In this document: in pieces, positions 1 to 7,781 of the stretch
Layout: each line of letters begins with the position of its first letter
How positions within the stretch are numbered: position 1 is the stretch's first letter
Source of the DNA: an uncultured Alphaproteobacteria bacterium
GTDB taxonomy: Bacteria > Pseudomonadota > Alphaproteobacteria > Micropepsales > Micropepsaceae
DNA length: 52,031 nucleotides
Assembly: GCA_966096025.1 (NCBI GenBank)
Contig: CBHTTW010000001.1
Coordinates: forward strand, 1 to 52,031
Direction of reading: 5' to 3'
The notes under the pieces: model-generated
What the model was told of the DNA's origin: nothing
Databases searched by the model: none
Seen by the model: the letters and a program-made list of their open reading frames with translations, nothing else
Position numbers and translations under genes: made by a program

Positions 1-863
1 CCGGCGATCCAGGCGATGCCATTGAGCAGATATTTTCGGTACGCCGCCACATTGTGCATATTGTCGTGGAAGTCGGAGCCGCCCCAAACAAAAGACCGGC
101 CGCCATCAGGACGGTTAAAGGTCCAGGACACCGGATCGGGTCCGCCGTTGCTCGCGGTGGCGGGCGCCGCCTGAAGCAGCTCCGTGCGCCGCAAGTCGCG
201 GTAAAGGAAATACCGGGAGTACATTTCTTCACGATAGGTCCAGGGCTGTACGCCATTGAGCACGGGATGACGCACGGGCAGCGGCGAAACCGTCCAGGTG
301 TCGACTGGATTGTGCGAGGAATAGGGAAGCCAGTTGCCCCCGAGCCAATTCATCAGAAAGCGCTTTCCGGCCCAGTTGTCGACCCACATGGTGTAGTGGA
401 AGATCGCCAAACCCATCTTCCGGCGCTTGATCACCGCATCCAGCTTGTTCAGCCAATCCATGTGCTCCGCGTCGTAGCTGCGTCCATCGGTATCCTGATC
501 TTGCGGGAAAAGGATGCCGGTTTCGGTCTTGAGCCAGGCGCCATTGCCGACGATAACCAAGGCGTCGGCATCGTCCAGCTCACCAAAGTCCCTGGGCGGC
601 TTGGTGACGACTTTGACCACCGTCTTCACACCGCCGAGATTTGTGGCGTGCTCAAGTTGCCAAGCGAGTTCAGTCAGGTCCCGCTCATACTCATGCCGGC
701 CGGGACTGCCGTGCTCCTTCGGTCCCGCCCAGAAGACAATCTTCTTCACTGTCGCCGGGGATTGCGCGCTGGCACGATCAAGATTTGCTGTCGAGCCCGT
801 CGCCGCGAAAAGCGTGGCGACGGCGAAAGTGGCGAGTCTCGTGTTTCTCAAGAAGCTTCTCAT
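1..863 (-). CDS. Secreted ThuA-like domain protein (3' end runs off window; absent from ORF track)
   Basis: Manual minus-strand translation from ATG 863: MRSFLRNTRLATFAVATLFAATG...KKIVFWAGPKEHGSPGRHEY...GLAIFHY...HPVLNGVQPWTYREEMY...VSWTFNRPDGGRSFVWGGSDFHDN...LLNGIAWIA, open to the window edge; signal peptide and ThuA-like motifs. Confidence 0.8.
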   Translation of the reverse strand, partial: MRSFLRNTRLATFAVATLFAATGSTANLDRASAQSPATVKKIVFWAGPKEHGSPGRHEYERDLTELAWQLEHATNLGGVKTVVKVVTKPPRDFGELDDADALVIVGNGAWLKTETGILFPQDQDTDGRSYDAEHMDWLNKLDAVIKRRKMGLAIFHYTMWVDNWAGKRFLMNWLGGNWLPYSSHNPVDTWTVSPLPVRHPVLNGVQPWTYREEMYSRYFLYRDLRRTELLQAAPATASNGGPDPVSWTFNRPDGGRSFVWGGSDFHDNMHNVAAYRKYLLNGIAWIA

Positions 864-940
864 TGGCTCACTTCCCCATGCTCACTCGGGCGGCGAATTG
901 AGATTCCTGGCACATATGTTCCAATATGCGCCGGTTTATG

Positions 941-954
941 GGATAACGCTACCA
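941..954. promoter_or_regulatory. LacI-type operator
   Basis: GGATAACGCTACCA in divergent intergenic region; matches the TGGTAGCGCTACCA-type palindrome seen at five other sites. Confidence 0.6.
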
Positions 955-972
955 TGCTCTGGGGGCTACCCG

Positions 973-1620
973 ATGGCTCGCATAGGTCTTGCCGCATCGG
1001 CTGTTATCAGCGCGCAACTGCTTGCCGCAGCGCAAGCTCAGACGCTCGAAGCGTTGCCGACGCAAGCTGGTAATATGCCATCGGGATTTTATCCCGCCCC
1101 GCCGTGCGCAAAGCCGGTCCTGGAAGAGGACAAAGGGGAGACGGGATTGCTCGCCACCTCGGGGGTACCATCGATATCGCAGTTGGCGGTGGATAATTAC
1201 CATCGCCGCGTTGAGAGATTCAACAAAGCGGTTTCTGCATACAATGACTGCGCCAAGACATATATCCAAAATTCCCGTTACGATATCGAACGGATCATCA
1301 GCACCGTGAATGCCGCGGTCGCGGAGGTGCAAGGAACCGCTCCGCCAACGCCACCGGCCGCGACAGGCAATTTGCCGGCGGATTTTTATACGCGCAGCCC
1401 TTGCGTGAGGCCGGACCAGACGACTTTGGGCTTTCAACCCGCCATAACCGATGTCAAGGCGATGGCGGCCTACAATCTCAAGGTCGAGATGTTCAACCAA
1501 CAGGCCGCAACCTTCAGTGCCTGCCTGAAGACCTATCAAGACAAAGCGCGATACGACATCCAACAGATACAGGTGGCGGTGCAGCCCGCGCCTGCCAACA
1601 GTCTGCGTGCGGGTCCGTAG
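973..1620 (+). CDS. Secreted hypothetical protein with two-fold internal repeat
   Basis: ATG 973 after GGGGG; signal peptide MARIGLAASAVISAQLLAAAQA; repeats GNMPSGFYPAPPCAKP..FN..YNDCAKTY..RYDIERI and GNLPADFYTRSPCVRP..FN..FSACLKTY..RYDIQQI. Confidence 0.75.
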   Translation: MARIGLAASAVISAQLLAAAQAQTLEALPTQAGNMPSGFYPAPPCAKPVLEEDKGETGLLATSGVPSISQLAVDNYHRRVERFNKAVSAYNDCAKTYIQNSRYDIERIISTVNAAVAEVQGTAPPTPPAATGNLPADFYTRSPCVRPDQTTLGFQPAITDVKAMAAYNLKVEMFNQQAATFSACLKTYQDKARYDIQQIQVAVQPAPANSLRAGP

Positions 1621-1692
1621 CGAGCCGGCCTGCGCTTGGCCAGGGCGCCAACGCCTAAACCGAATGCTTTTGTGAGATCCATTACACGCCGC

Positions 1693-2475
1693 CTACGCTC
1701 TGCTCTTTCTTTTTCCACTGCTTGGTGGCGCCTTGGGGTTCGGAGGTGCGGAGATCATGCCCGGCCATTTTGGCGCCGTGGTTATATCGACGAGCGCCAG
1801 GTTGACCAATTGAGCCATTGCTTTACGTGCGGCAGTGGAATTGCGCTCCTCGATCGCCTTAAAGACACGGCGGTGATCCGGAACGGGATCGCGCGCCAAA
1901 GGGGCATGACGCTGTTTAAATATGGTCGACCAACTGACGGCCGCATTGATGCTGGCCGTCATGGAGGCAAGGAACGCGTTACCCGAGGCCTCCAGCAGCG
2001 CGGTGTGGAACTTCTCATCGGCATCGCGCCACTCTTTGGTGGTGGTTTTGCAGCCCGACATCACATCCAGAGCTGACGCCATGTCATGAATCTGGTGCGG
2101 ATTGCGGCGCTCCGCGGCAAGCGCCGCAGCTTCCGGCTCGACCATCCTACGCATCTCAAACAAGCTGTAGACGAGGGTGTAATCAGGTTCGATCTGGAAG
2201 ATCCAGGAAAGTACATCTGGATCCAACAGATGCCACCCGGTCCGATCGTTGACGCGGGTGCCTGCTTTGGGTTTGGAGTGCACCAGTCCTTTGGCCACCA
2301 GGATGCGAACGGCCTCGCGATATGCCGATCGGGAAACCTTGCGCTGGTCGCTGGCTTCCACTTCCCCCTCCAGCACCATGCCGGGGCGGAGCATGCCGGA
2401 TACGATCTTGATGCCCAGATCGCGCGCGATCGTGCCCGGTATGCGCAACTTATGGGATGGTTCTTTCACGGCCAA
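1693..2475 (-). CDS. FadR/GntR family transcriptional regulator (wHTH + FCD)
   Basis: VSRSAYREAVRILVAKGLVHSKPKAGTRV HTH; WHLLDPDVLSW; ADEKFHTALLEASGN FCD motif. Confidence 0.93.
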   Translation of the reverse strand: MAVKEPSHKLRIPGTIARDLGIKIVSGMLRPGMVLEGEVEASDQRKVSRSAYREAVRILVAKGLVHSKPKAGTRVNDRTGWHLLDPDVLSWIFQIEPDYTLVYSLFEMRRMVEPEAAALAAERRNPHQIHDMASALDVMSGCKTTTKEWRDADEKFHTALLEASGNAFLASMTASINAAVSWSTIFKQRHAPLARDPVPDHRRVFKAIEERNSTAARKAMAQLVNLALVDITTAPKWPGMISAPPNPKAPPSSGKRKSRA

Positions 2476-2558
2476 ACCCGATCAACGCCTGTTTTAGAAT
2501 TCGCACAGGTTGAGGTGGGCCGCAAGCGTCCCACCCATGATGCTCGAGGCGCATCGTT

Positions 2559-2569
2559 TTGACTGAGTA
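2559..2569. promoter_or_regulatory. Putative FadR-type operator
   Basis: TTGACTGAGTA upstream of the FadR-like gene; 10/11 identical to the site at 6547. Confidence 0.4.
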
Positions 2570-2592
2570 TTTCGCTTGGCGCGTGCGTCACC

Positions 2593-3852
2593 TTACCAGT
2601 TGGTGAAGGAGCCATCAGGTCTATGGTTGAGAAGCATGCCCGCACGATAAGTCTGGTATTCGCCAATTTGCCTGAGCTTGCTTACATCCACCTCCACGCC
2701 AAGTCCGGGACGGTCGTTGGGCCAAAGTTTGCCATCCCGGAAATCGTACACCTTGGGCAGATAGGGCCAGGTGCGCCTGCCATCTCCCAACATTTCCATC
2801 AGGGCAGGAATGGACGTGGCGGTCAGGCAGTTCACCAGCGCCGCCTCGGCGATTGGTCCCGTAAAATGCGGAATCATTCCGACGTAATGCGTTTCCGCCA
2901 GCGCCACGATCTTCATGAATTCGCTGATGCCGCCGACATTGGGAAGGGTCACGCGGGCATAATCGATGAGCTGCCGTTCTATCAGCTTGCTGACGTCCCA
3001 TTTGTAGCCAAACTGCTCGCCGACCGCGATCGGCACCTTGGTGCGCTGGCGCATGATTTCGTAACTGTCCACATTCTCACTGCGTATGAGATCCTCGCAG
3101 AAATACGGCGCCAATTGCGCATCTTCGATCATTTGGCACAGACGCATGGCATCGGGGGGGTCCAGTTCGGTATGGAAATCCAATGCCCAGCCGCCGTCCC
3201 CCGCGGCTTTCTGCATGGCGGCGCAATCATCGAACATTCGCCGCACCAACGCGAAGCGATCCACCTCCCGTCCGCCACCAATGTCCGTGGCACTGCGATA
3301 CACCCGGAAGCCGGCGTCGCGGCAGGCCTTTGCTGTGTCCCCTATCGCGGCATCGGGCCGGGGTCTTGGATAGGCGGTGGCATAGAGCTCCAAATGATCG
3401 CGCGACTTGCCGCCTAACAATTGCCAGATCGGCCAACCCGCAGCTTTGCCCTTAAGGTCCCAAAGGGCAAGATCAAGGGCGCCGAGCGAATGAATCTTTT
3501 CCCGTCCCGCGGGATAGAAATAGCCCCGCATCATTCGCTGCCAGAGATTGTCGATGCGGAAAGGGTCCAGTCCGATCAGCATGGCAGCGCATTCTTCCAT
3601 CGTGCGCGGCTCGCCGCCTTCTCCCACGCCTTTCAGGCCTCGTTCGGTTTCGACGATCACCACATTGGTGGATTGGTTCACCATCGGCTGGCCTTGCCGG
3701 CCTTGGGCGTCGCCGGGGCTGGCGTAATAACGGATGGTTTTGATCTTATCCTCGGCCAGGCCTAGCGCTTGGGCCGGGCGGGGAAGCCACAAAGGCGCAC
3801 CAGCTGTTCCGCCCAAGGCCGTGAGCATGCGGCGGCGATTCCACTGATTCAT
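2593..3852 (-). CDS. Enolase-superfamily acid-sugar dehydratase (mannonate/galactonate dehydratase-like) with twin-arginine signal
   Basis: Start MNQWNRRRMLTALGG; LDLALWDLKGK; metal ligands LDFH/CED/VGEQ; PHF; C-terminus RPDGSFTNW. Confidence 0.88.
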   Translation of the reverse strand: MNQWNRRRMLTALGGTAGAPLWLPRPAQALGLAEDKIKTIRYYASPGDAQGRQGQPMVNQSTNVVIVETERGLKGVGEGGEPRTMEECAAMLIGLDPFRIDNLWQRMMRGYFYPAGREKIHSLGALDLALWDLKGKAAGWPIWQLLGGKSRDHLELYATAYPRPRPDAAIGDTAKACRDAGFRVYRSATDIGGGREVDRFALVRRMFDDCAAMQKAAGDGGWALDFHTELDPPDAMRLCQMIEDAQLAPYFCEDLIRSENVDSYEIMRQRTKVPIAVGEQFGYKWDVSKLIERQLIDYARVTLPNVGGISEFMKIVALAETHYVGMIPHFTGPIAEAALVNCLTATSIPALMEMLGDGRRTWPYLPKVYDFRDGKLWPNDRPGLGVEVDVSKLRQIGEYQTYRAGMLLNHRPDGSFTNW

Positions 3853-4067
3853 TTTTTTCCTCCCGCTATTCTTTAGAAATCCCGACCTCGCCCGCTCAAT
3901 CATCCAGGCCAGTGAGTTCGTCGTGTGCGCGATCATTCCTTTGTTGTTCGGTGGTCCGCAATATTATGAGTTTCGGAAAGTGACGCGTGCTATCGGCCGG
4001 CAGATGCGCGATGCTGCAATGCAGTAACTTACTTCTCCATTGAATGAAGCCGCATTCATTCGGTAAG

Positions 4068-4078
4068 TAATCAGACAA
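4068..4078. promoter_or_regulatory. Putative FadR-type operator
   Basis: TAATCAGACAA (rc TTGTCTGATTA) between the divergent dehydratase and GH95 genes. Confidence 0.5.
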
Positions 4079-4094
4079 ATCAAGTGGCGCCTTC

Positions 4095-6443
4095 ATGACC
4101 GCGAACAGACGGCAGGTACTTCAGGGCGCGGCGGCAGCTTCGTTCCTCCCGTTGGATTCACTCGCTCGCGAACCCGGTAGCTTGGCGTTGTGGTATCGCC
4201 AGCCCGCAGTGGAATGGACGGAAGCGTTGCCGATAGGCAATGGCCGGCTTGGCGGCATGGTGTTTGGCGGCGTTGCTGACGACCATATTCAAATCAATGA
4301 GGGCACGTTGTGGGGCGGTAGCCCGCGCGATTATACCCACCCAGGCGCGCGCCTCCATTTGACGCGGCTGCGCGATCTGATTTTTTCCGGCGGCGTAGCT
4401 GAAGCAGAAGAGCTGACTGCCCGGATGATGGGCAATCCACAGTTGCTAATGCCGTATCAGCCGCTCTGCGATCTTCATCTGGCAATCGACGATTCAGGGG
4501 TTGAAGACTATCGGCGTTCGCTGTCGCTTGATGAGGCTTGCGCCAAAGTGACTTACCGAATGGGCGGTGTCCGATTCCACCGTGAGGTTTTTGTCTCCCA
4601 TCCTGACCAAGTGATGATTATACGCCTCACATCCGATCAGCCCGGGCGCCAGAATCTTTCTGTCGCCCTAAACAGTGCGCAGCCGGGAGGCGGGGTATCC
4701 GTTGAAGCCGACACCCTGACGCTCAACGGCCAGGTCCAGCCACGGACCAATCCCCCAAGATCCTGGACCGGCTCGTGGGATGCCCCCGGTCTTCGATATT
4801 CCGCTATGGCGCGGGTGCGCGCCGAGGGCGGCTCGACGACAGCGGAAAATGGGCGGGTTGTGGTACGCGGCGCGGATGCGGTGACCATACTTTTCAGTGC
4901 CGCCACAAGCTTTCGCAGTTACAACGATATTGGCGGCGATGCGGCGGGCCAGGCGGAAAGGGTGCTGGCCGCCGCCTGGCCGAAATCATTCGATCAGCTT
5001 CGTGCCGCGCATCTGGCGGACCATCAAACGCTGTTCCGGCGCGTTACCCTTGATTTGGGACCAGCTGTGGACCGCCCCACCGATCAGCGTATCGCTGACG
5101 CGAAATTGGAGAATGATCCGGCCTTGGCCGCCCTATACTTCCAATTCGGCCGATACTTGTTGCTCTCGTCGTCGCGGCCCGGCGGTCAGCCCGCCAACCT
5201 TCAGGGTCTATGGAACCCGCATTTGCTGCCGCCCTGGGGCAGCAAATGGACCACCAACATCAATCTCCAGATGAATTATTGGCTCGCGGAAGTGGCGGGG
5301 CTGTGGGAAACGCTGGACCCATTGTGGGACTTGATCGGCGACCTGGAGCAAACTGGAGCTGTCACCGCGGCAGCGCATTACGGGGCGGGCGGATGGGTGC
5401 TGCATCACAATACGGATTTGTGGCGGGCAACCACGCCTGTGGATGGTGCTTGGGGCATCTGGCCGATGGGAGCCGTTTGGCTGGCCCATCAGATGTGGGA
5501 TCATTACCGCTTCAGCCTTGACCGCCGCTTCCTGGAAGGCCGCGCCTGGCCCGCCATGCGTGGCGCGGTCCAGTTCGTGATGGACACGCTGGTGGAAGCG
5601 CCGGCCGGAACACGCTTCGCCGGAAAGCTGGTTACCAATCCTTCCTTCTCGCCTGAAAATAGTTACTTCCTGGACGGGAAAAAGGCGCAGTTGACCTATG
5701 CAGCAACCATGGACCTGCAACTGATTGGCGAACTGTTCAGCGCCTTTGTTGAGGCTTCCAACCTGCTGGAGCGAGACGCGGAAATGCGCACAGCTGTGCT
5801 TGCAGCGCGGGAGAGGCTACCACCGCTTCAGATCGGCAAGCGAGGGCAGCTGCAGGAATGGATTGAGGACTATGCCGAGGTGGAGCCGGAACACCGCCAC
5901 GTTTCTCATCTGTGGGCGCTTTATCCGGGCCATGGCATTACGCCCGATACCACTCCCAAACTTGCGGCTGCAGCACGGCAGACACTGGAGCTCCGGGGTG
6001 ACGGTGGCACGGGCTGGGCCAAGGCTTGGAAGATCGCACTATGGGCGCGACTGCTCGATGGAGACCGCGCGCATCATTTGCTGCGCGGCCAGCTCGCCGA
6101 AAGCACCTTGCCCAATATGCTCGACACCCACCCGCCCTTTCAGATCGATGGCAATTTTGGAGCCGCTGCCGCCATCGTGGAGATGTTGGTGCAAAGTGAC
6201 GATCAATCGGTTCATTTGCTCCCGGCCTTGCCATCGGCTTGGCCGCACGGAAAGGTGGCCGGCCTACGGGCCCGCGGTGGTCTCACTTTGGACCTGGAAT
6301 GGCGCACCGGTAAGATCGTGAAAGCCCGTTTAACCCCCGATCGTGATCGCGTCCTGACCGTGACCTGCGGAACCCGGAGCGTCTCTGTGGCCCTTTTCGC
6401 CGGAAGATCCATAGCTCTAGGCGAGAATCTCGGTGTGATCTGA
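4095..6443 (+). CDS. Glycoside hydrolase family 95 (alpha-L-fucosidase/alpha-L-galactosidase), Tat signal
   Basis: WTEALPIGNGRLG, FQFGRYLL, PANLQGLWN, NINLQMNYW, HHNTDLW, HRHVSHL, HPPFQIDGNFG; NRRQVL Tat motif. Confidence 0.95.
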   Translation: MTANRRQVLQGAAAASFLPLDSLAREPGSLALWYRQPAVEWTEALPIGNGRLGGMVFGGVADDHIQINEGTLWGGSPRDYTHPGARLHLTRLRDLIFSGGVAEAEELTARMMGNPQLLMPYQPLCDLHLAIDDSGVEDYRRSLSLDEACAKVTYRMGGVRFHREVFVSHPDQVMIIRLTSDQPGRQNLSVALNSAQPGGGVSVEADTLTLNGQVQPRTNPPRSWTGSWDAPGLRYSAMARVRAEGGSTTAENGRVVVRGADAVTILFSAATSFRSYNDIGGDAAGQAERVLAAAWPKSFDQLRAAHLADHQTLFRRVTLDLGPAVDRPTDQRIADAKLENDPALAALYFQFGRYLLLSSSRPGGQPANLQGLWNPHLLPPWGSKWTTNINLQMNYWLAEVAGLWETLDPLWDLIGDLEQTGAVTAAAHYGAGGWVLHHNTDLWRATTPVDGAWGIWPMGAVWLAHQMWDHYRFSLDRRFLEGRAWPAMRGAVQFVMDTLVEAPAGTRFAGKLVTNPSFSPENSYFLDGKKAQLTYAATMDLQLIGELFSAFVEASNLLERDAEMRTAVLAARERLPPLQIGKRGQLQEWIEDYAEVEPEHRHVSHLWALYPGHGITPDTTPKLAAAARQTLELRGDGGTGWAKAWKIALWARLLDGDRAHHLLRGQLAESTLPNMLDTHPPFQIDGNFGAAAAIVEMLVQSDDQSVHLLPALPSAWPHGKVAGLRARGGLTLDLEWRTGKIVKARLTPDRDRVLTVTCGTRSVSVALFAGRSIALGENLGVI

Positions 6444-6546
6444 AGCCCTTAACTCCGGCAATATCTTCTATCGCGGTAAAAGCGCCGAGTTTTGGCTGTG
6501 CGCTTGCGTGGGCGATCATATTGCATATTCTCAGAGTGTGAGATAC

Positions 6547-6557
6547 TTGTCTGAGTA
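6547..6557. promoter_or_regulatory. Putative FadR-type operator
   Basis: TTGTCTGAGTA in AT-rich region upstream of the LacI-like gene; 10/11 to rc of the 4068 site. Confidence 0.5.
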
Positions 6558-6609
6558 ATCAATAAAAATTAAGGGGGATTTCCAGTGAGGGATTTCGCAG
6601 GCGCAATAT

Positions 6610-6623
6610 TGGTAGCGCTAGCA
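6610..6623. promoter_or_regulatory. LacI-type operator (possible autoregulation)
   Basis: TGGTAGCGCTAGCA about 45 nt before the LacI start. Confidence 0.7.
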
Positions 6624-6667
6624 TCCCCTAAGGCAGATTTGGCTCTATCCTGCCGTTAGGGAATCGC

Positions 6668-7768
6668 GTGGAAAAAATTCGGCAAACCGGCAAGCGCGGG
6701 AAGCGGATCACGATCCACGATGTGGCGCGTCACGCCGGCGTCTCGCATATGACCGTGTCGCGCGTGATCAATGGTGACGGCAGGGTGCGCGAGAGGAAAC
6801 GTCTAACCGTTGCCGCATCAATCGAAGCATTGGGTTACTCGCCAAGTCCTGAGGCGCAAATTCTCGCAAACGGCCGGGGATTTTTGATCGGCCTTTGCTA
6901 TGCGAAGCCGACAGACGCCTATCTGGCGGAAGTCTTGCTTGGTTGTTTCGCGCAGGCAAGGCGAAACGGATGTCAGCTTCTGCTCGAGCGAAGGCTTGAG
7001 GCTGAGCCGGAACGTGTCACGCTGGCGCGATTGGTGGAAAGAGGGGTGGACGGAGTAATACTCACGCCCCCTCTCAGCAATTCCATGGCTGCCATGGACG
7101 CTCTCGCAGAGGCCGACGTTTCCGTGACACTTTTGACTTCGGGGCAGCCGGTGAGGGACTTGTCCGCCGTATTTATTGACGATCGCAAGGCTGCGCGGGA
7201 GATGACGGAACACCTTATTGGTTTGGGGCATGGCCGGATAGGCATCATTACCGGCCATCCGAACCACAGCGCTTCCCAGGAAAGACTTTTCGGTTTCAAG
7301 GAGGCTATGGACAATGCCGGCCTGAAGGTAAATGCCGGCCAAGTGGCCCCGGGGCTTTGCACCTACCAGTCCGGGTTGGAAGCGGCAGAAAATCTTCTTC
7401 GCAATGATGTGACGGCCATCTTCGCCTGCAACGAGGAAATGGCGATGGCCGCGATTGCCTTGGCTTACGAAAAAGGCCTGGATGTGCCGGGGGACGTTTC
7501 CATCGCCGGTTTCGACGATAGCCCTTTGGCGACCACCATAACGCCGGGTTTGACGGTCGTCAGGCGGCCCATCGCCGAAATGGCCGCGGAAGCATTTCGC
7601 CTGCTGGTCGAGCAACTATCTGCCAAGTCGGCGGGTCGATCATCGCCAGTCACGCATCGAATGCTGGATTTTGCGATTGTGAAGCGCGCCTCGACGGGGC
7701 CGGCCCCGTTCAGCGCGGGCCATGGCTCAAGCATCGGCAATGACTTGAAAAGCCTTTCACTGAGGTAG
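6668..7768 (+). CDS. LacI family transcriptional regulator
   Basis: TIHDVARHAGVSHMTVSRVIN HTH; AIFACNEEMA, VSIAGFDD sugar-binding domain motifs. Confidence 0.95.
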   Translation: MEKIRQTGKRGKRITIHDVARHAGVSHMTVSRVINGDGRVRERKRLTVAASIEALGYSPSPEAQILANGRGFLIGLCYAKPTDAYLAEVLLGCFAQARRNGCQLLLERRLEAEPERVTLARLVERGVDGVILTPPLSNSMAAMDALAEADVSVTLLTSGQPVRDLSAVFIDDRKAAREMTEHLIGLGHGRIGIITGHPNHSASQERLFGFKEAMDNAGLKVNAGQVAPGLCTYQSGLEAAENLLRNDVTAIFACNEEMAMAAIALAYEKGLDVPGDVSIAGFDDSPLATTITPGLTVVRRPIAEMAAEAFRLLVEQLSAKSAGRSSPVTHRMLDFAIVKRASTGPAPFSAGHGSSIGNDLKSLSLR

Positions 7769-7781
7769 TGGAGATCCATAC

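Noticed and set aside
54-1073. 339-aa plus-strand ORF and the 514-972 extension of the next ORF
   Set aside because: Antisense to the ThuA-like gene; the signal peptide indicates a start at 973
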